Below, in pieces: positions 59,994-64,000 of a DNA stretch of 64,000 nt. The notes under the pieces are model-generated. The model ran no database searches. It saw only the letters and a program-made list of their open reading frames with translations, and was not told the origin of the DNA. The position numbers were made by a program, and so were the translations under genes. Source of the stretch: Candidatus Eiseniibacteriota bacterium (GTDB lineage: Bacteria; Eisenbacteria; RBG-16-71-46; CAIMUX01; VGJL01); assembly GCA_963792585.1 (NCBI GenBank), contig CAWBWI010000006.1, positions 1 through 64,000 on the forward strand. Reading direction: 5' to 3'. Position 1 is the stretch's first letter. Each line of letters opens with the position of its first letter.

Positions 59994-62591
59994 CTATCGC
60001 CCCACCACCTGAATCTTGCGGCTGTCTACCGGCGCACCATCGAGCTTCAGGACTGCGAGGTAGACGCCCGGCGTGACGCCGTCCGCATTCCAGATCAACT
60101 CGTGCGAGCCCGGGCCGAGCGCTCCCCCGTCCAGGATCGTTACCCGCCGGCCCGTTGCGGCGATGATCTCCACGGAGACGTCCGCCGGACGCGCGAGCGC
60201 GAATCCGAACCGCGCGCGTTCCATGACCGGGTTGGGGTACGGCGGGGCAAGCGCTCCCTCCCCTGCCAGCGGCAGGGTCGTCGTCTCGACGCCGGCCGGA
60301 TTCCAGTCGACGATCGTCACCCAATCGGGGCCCGGCATCGACACCACCGCCCGTTGCGTCGCCGCGTTGTAATCGAAGAACGAAGGTTCCGCGGGCAGAT
60401 CCACATGATCGGCGCCGCGATGGAGACGTCCCGAGAATCCATTCCCGGATGCGGTCAGCACGATGGGGGCGCCGTTCTCATCGAAGAGCACCTTGTCGAG
60501 CGCGGCATAGGCGGTGTAACTCTGTGTGTTGATCAACGCCCCCGTGGCGGGATTCACGTTCACCAGTGTTCGGCTCGTGTAGTTGCCGATGCCGGTCTGG
60601 TTCAGAACCGGATTGTGATCGAGCCGCAGGGCCCCCTGACCGTTGACGAACGTCCCGACAACGGTGGACAACGCTCCATCGATTCGCATCACGGAGTAGC
60701 CGTTCCCGAAGTAGTTCGTGCAAATCGCATATTGCCCGTCCCCGTTGAAGGCGACTTCGAGTGGGAAGTCCCCGACCACGAGATCGGCGACCACGCTGTT
60801 CGTCGTCGTGTCGATCACCTTTATCCGGTCATCGAAGGATGCGGCAACGAGCAGGTACCGGCCGTTCGGACTGATCGCGCTTCCGCTCAGAACTCCGTAA
60901 TTCGCCCACACGACTCCGATTTCGCCGCAGGGGATGCTGGCTACCGGCACGCTCGCCGCTCCCTGCAGCCGGACGACGGTGATCGTGTTTCCCGAGATGT
61001 TCCCGATATAGGCATAGGCGTCGTTCGGGGCGATGACCACCGTACCGGGACGGCTGCCCGTCGGCACGTTCGCCGCGATCGTGTTGGTCGACAGGTCGAT
61101 CACGACTGCGGCGTCTGCGCCGAGCCCCGCGACGACCGCCCACCGCGAGTCGGATGTGATGGCGACGTCCTGCGCGCGCTCTCCGATCGGCAGGATCGCC
61201 TCGACGCTCTTGGTCGCGAGGTTCAAGATGCTCGCGTTGTTCGACAGGACGTTGGTGACGACGGCCTTCGATCCGTCCGGCGCAATCGCCACCCGCCGGG
61301 GGCAGTCCCCTTCGGGGATCGACCCGGTTTCCGACGTCCCCCGGTACATGCCGGCTCCGGGCGTCGTGTAGTCGTAGAAGTAGAGCCCCTCGCGGCGAAT
61401 CGGATCGTGACCGACCGCCCGCAAGCCGACGCGCGATATTGCGCCGAACGCCTGCGCGTTCCCCTCGTGCAGGCCGAGCAACGCCTCGGTTGCAAAGGAG
61501 AGGACGGAGAAGCGGAACTGCCCGCTGATCGCCAGCGAGTGGTCCGGCGATGTTCCGATCCAGAAGGGAGAGTAGGTCGTTGCGAGCGTCGTGAAGTCGT
61601 TCGTCGCGAATCGAACGAAGGCGCTTCGGTTGTTGCTGACGCTCACGAATGCCTTGGAGCCGTCCTGGTTGACGCCGATCTGGTGGGTTGCGCCGAACTG
61701 GTAGCCGGTCAACGACACGCTCGCCGTCTTCGTGTGGGTCGCGACGTCGATCTGGTGGATGACGATGGGGTCCGTCGCGCTGTAGGCACAGAGCTTCTGC
61801 ATGTCGCCGGAGAACTCGACCTGCACGCAGTTCGGAATCCCGCTCACGGTGTGGGTGATCGCCCCCGTTGCCGTGCTGTAGAAGACGACGGCATCCGCCC
61901 AGTCGCCGACCGCGATCTCGCCGCCGTCCGAAGTCAACTCGAAGGGGGTGAAACCGACCGAGTTGCGGCCGTTCTCGCTCCCGAAGGTGAAGACCAGGAG
62001 GAAGACGGGGAAGTTCTCGATCGTGATCCCGTGCGTCAGGGTCACGAGATCGATAGCCTCGCAGGTATTCGCAATGTCGCAGGAGACGTATGCCTTGGTC
62101 CCATCGGGGGAAACGCGGACGACCCACGGCTGCTCTCCCGTGGGGATCACGGCAGCCACCGAATAGTCGTCCAGGTCGATGACGTAGACCTCGTTCGAGA
62201 AGACACAGCTGACGACCGCGTAGTCGTCCGAGACGTCGACGCCGCAGGGATACTGACCGACCGGGATCGTCGCCAGCACCTGCATCGTGGCCCAGTCAAA
62301 GACCGTCACATTGTCGGTCATCCGGTTGGGGAGGATGATGCGCGATCCGTCGCGCGTGAAGACCGGCCATCCCATGGAGTCCCCTTCGGGGGCGATCCCC
62401 GGATCGACACTGGCATCGCTGTACCGGAGAGATCCGAGTGGCATGAAGGACTCGATCGTCTGACCCGGCTGGACCTGGATGACGGTGATCTGCGGATCCG
62501 CGGATGGTCCGGACGGCGTCGCGACGGCGGAGACGGCTGCGCCTCCCGCCAGACAAAGCAACAAGACCAGAGGCGCTGCGAAGAGTCTCAT
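59994..62591 (-). CDS. Secreted YVTN/YncE-like beta-propeller protein with FlgD-Ig/T9SS-like C-terminal domain
   Basis: Signal peptide; repeats IPVGxxPxxVxxSPDGxxAYV; C-terminal PYPNP..IIAATGRRV..WNA..GVYL. Confidence 0.88.
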   Translation of the reverse strand: MRLFAAPLVLLLCLAGGAAVSAVATPSGPSADPQITVIQVQPGQTIESFMPLGSLRYSDASVDPGIAPEGDSMGWPVFTRDGSRIILPNRMTDNVTVFDWATMQVLATIPVGQYPCGVDVSDDYAVVSCVFSNEVYVIDLDDYSVAAVIPTGEQPWVVRVSPDGTKAYVSCDIANTCEAIDLVTLTHGITIENFPVFLLVFTFGSENGRNSVGFTPFELTSDGGEIAVGDWADAVVFYSTATGAITHTVSGIPNCVQVEFSGDMQKLCAYSATDPIVIHQIDVATHTKTASVSLTGYQFGATHQIGVNQDGSKAFVSVSNNRSAFVRFATNDFTTLATTYSPFWIGTSPDHSLAISGQFRFSVLSFATEALLGLHEGNAQAFGAISRVGLRAVGHDPIRREGLYFYDYTTPGAGMYRGTSETGSIPEGDCPRRVAIAPDGSKAVVTNVLSNNASILNLATKSVEAILPIGERAQDVAITSDSRWAVVAGLGADAAVVIDLSTNTIAANVPTGSRPGTVVIAPNDAYAYIGNISGNTITVVRLQGAASVPVASIPCGEIGVVWANYGVLSGSAISPNGRYLLVAASFDDRIKVIDTTTNSVVADLVVGDFPLEVAFNGDGQYAICTNYFGNGYSVMRIDGALSTVVGTFVNGQGALRLDHNPVLNQTGIGNYTSRTLVNVNPATGALINTQSYTAYAALDKVLFDENGAPIVLTASGNGFSGRLHRGADHVDLPAEPSFFDYNAATQRAVVSMPGPDWVTIVDWNPAGVETTTLPLAGEGALAPPYPNPVMERARFGFALARPADVSVEIIAATGRRVTILDGGALGPGSHELIWNADGVTPGVYLAVLKLDGAPVDSRKIQVVGR

Positions 62592-62736
62592 CGATGTTCC
62601 CCCTTTGCCGGGAAAGCTGAGGATCGAGGATCGTCCCCAATCGGGCGACGCCCAATTCTAGAGCCGATTGCCCCGCGGATCAACGATCGCGCAATGACGG
62701 CCATGAAGTAAGCTTGTTGTCGTCGGGGGAGGGCAG

Positions 62737-63891
62737 ATGCCGCCAGGTTCTGATTTGCTACGTACGCCGATTCGGCTACTCCACGTCGCCCTGTTGCTGG
62801 CGATCGCAATCGCTTCGTTGGATTGCCGTCAGGAACCACGAAAGGACGGGACGAAGACCGACCAGGCGCGGCCCTCCGAGGTGGCGGACGACGCGCGGCG
62901 CGTGCTCGTCGTGACGAACGCGCAGGACCCCTCGTCCGAGCGGATCGGACGCTACTACGCGAAGCGGCGCAAGATTCCCGTTGACCATCAGCTCGCCATC
63001 TCCGTGTCCGCGGAAGACGAGGTCTCTCTCGATACGTACCGCGCCCGGATCGAGGAGCCGGTGCGGCAGCATCTTCGCGCGAATGGAATCGCCGATGAGG
63101 TGGACTTCATCGTTCTGATCCGCGGCGTGCCCATTCGGATACGTGAGGGAGGCTACTCGGTCGATGCCTTCCTGGCCGCCATGGATCTCGATCTGAAGCC
63201 CATCAGCGATCGCAATCCAGAGAGCTTTCGCCATCCGACCAATCCTTACTTCGGGCAGAACGTCCCCTTCCGGAAACGGGACTTCGGTTTCTACCTGGTG
63301 ACGCGTCTCGACGGTTCCACGGTTGAGGACGCGATGCGCTTGGTCGACTCCTCGCTGGAGTGCCGGCCTAATCGAGGGATCTTCCTCCTGGACGTCGACC
63401 CGAGGTACAAGACCGAAGGCTACGTGAGGATCAACCGGTCGATGCAGGAAGCGGCCCGGATCCTTCGCGCGAAGGGAATGAACGTCACCCTGGAAGAGAC
63501 GGAAGCCTTCGTCGGGGGCGAGGGGGAACTGGCCGGATACTACTCCTGGGGGAGCAATGACGGGAGCTATCGGCGCGAGATCTACCGGTCGAATCGATTC
63601 CTCCCCGGCGCCATCGCGGAGACGGCGGTTTCCACCAGCGCCCGGACCTTCCGATCGGTCGATGGAGGCCAGAGCCTGATCGCGGATCTGATCACCGCCG
63701 GGGTCACGGGGGTGAAGGGGTACGTCTCGGAGCCGCTGACGGCAGCGCTATGCCCGGCCGACCTGCTCTTCGACCGATACACGTCCGGCTACACCTTGGC
63801 CGAGAGCTTCTACATGGCCATCCCGTTCCTCAAGTGGAAGGACATCGTGGTGGGCGATCCGCTTTGTGCGCCATACAGGGGGAAGGGGTGA
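62737..63891 (+). CDS. TIGR03790-like protein
   Basis: VLVVTN..SERIGRYYAKRRKIP, YLVTRLDG, GAIAETAVSTSARTF, GVTGVKGYVSEP, VVGDPL. Confidence 0.8.
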   Translation: MPPGSDLLRTPIRLLHVALLLAIAIASLDCRQEPRKDGTKTDQARPSEVADDARRVLVVTNAQDPSSERIGRYYAKRRKIPVDHQLAISVSAEDEVSLDTYRARIEEPVRQHLRANGIADEVDFIVLIRGVPIRIREGGYSVDAFLAAMDLDLKPISDRNPESFRHPTNPYFGQNVPFRKRDFGFYLVTRLDGSTVEDAMRLVDSSLECRPNRGIFLLDVDPRYKTEGYVRINRSMQEAARILRAKGMNVTLEETEAFVGGEGELAGYYSWGSNDGSYRREIYRSNRFLPGAIAETAVSTSARTFRSVDGGQSLIADLITAGVTGVKGYVSEPLTAALCPADLLFDRYTSGYTLAESFYMAIPFLKWKDIVVGDPLCAPYRGKG

Positions 63892-63946
63892 GGGGGGTGT
63901 TGGGGCTTGGGGATGAGTGGGCGCCGGGTCCACCGTGCAAAGGGAA

Positions 63947-63973
63947 ACCCCGCCCCCTCAGGAGGGGCGGGGT
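63947..63973. terminator. GC-rich hairpin, probable terminator
   Basis: accccgcccc-ctcagga-ggggcggggt with a short A-run on the left, i.e. a short U-tract on the minus strand. Confidence 0.55.
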
Positions 63974-64000
63974 GAATCGAGGATCCGGAGCTCGAGTGTG

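Overview
High-GC bacterial chromosomal segment with no rRNA, tRNA, CRISPR array, transposase or integrase that I can recognise. Several secreted proteins end in FlgD-Ig-like domains and there is a stand-alone spdEFG1/mtEFG1-type fusA; this suggests an uncultured diderm such as Ca. Eisenbacteria or a related lineage (inference only). In order: three tandem secreted HEAT-repeat paralogues; a 14-repeat beta-propeller surface protein; a divergent pair of AAA+ ATPase/PD-(D/E)XK genes with palindromic operator-like sites; a lipoprotein plus outer-membrane barrel pair; an accessory patch with an orphan MNT antitoxin, a decapitated HEPN gene, two Ser/Thr kinases, a deletion-riddled duplicate of one kinase's 3' end and two tandem reader-HNH endonucleases; a GDP-heptose operon (hddC-hddA-GT4-gmhA) translationally coupled to a giant CPBP intramembrane protease and divergent from a GT-C-like membrane protein; fusA plus a degenerate P-loop ATPase; an FG-GAP/DD-carboxypeptidase/FlgD fusion; an ECF sigma factor with a kinase-STAND-TPR partner; uup; an MgtE-N/CBS plus NRAMP-like Mg2+ module; and several large secreted or lipoprotein genes (FN3-TolB, glycoside-hydrolase-like, Ig-repeat-FGE, S41 peptidase, YVTN propeller, TIGR03790). 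About ten genes carry single-base frameshifts, most likely long-read consensus errors. The most interesting candidates are the heptose/CPBP/GT-C surface-modification locus, the FG-GAP-S11 peptidase fusion, the tandem reader-HNH pair, the ECF/kinase-STAND module and several unexplained AT-rich palindromes. All family assignments come from motif recognition, not database searches.
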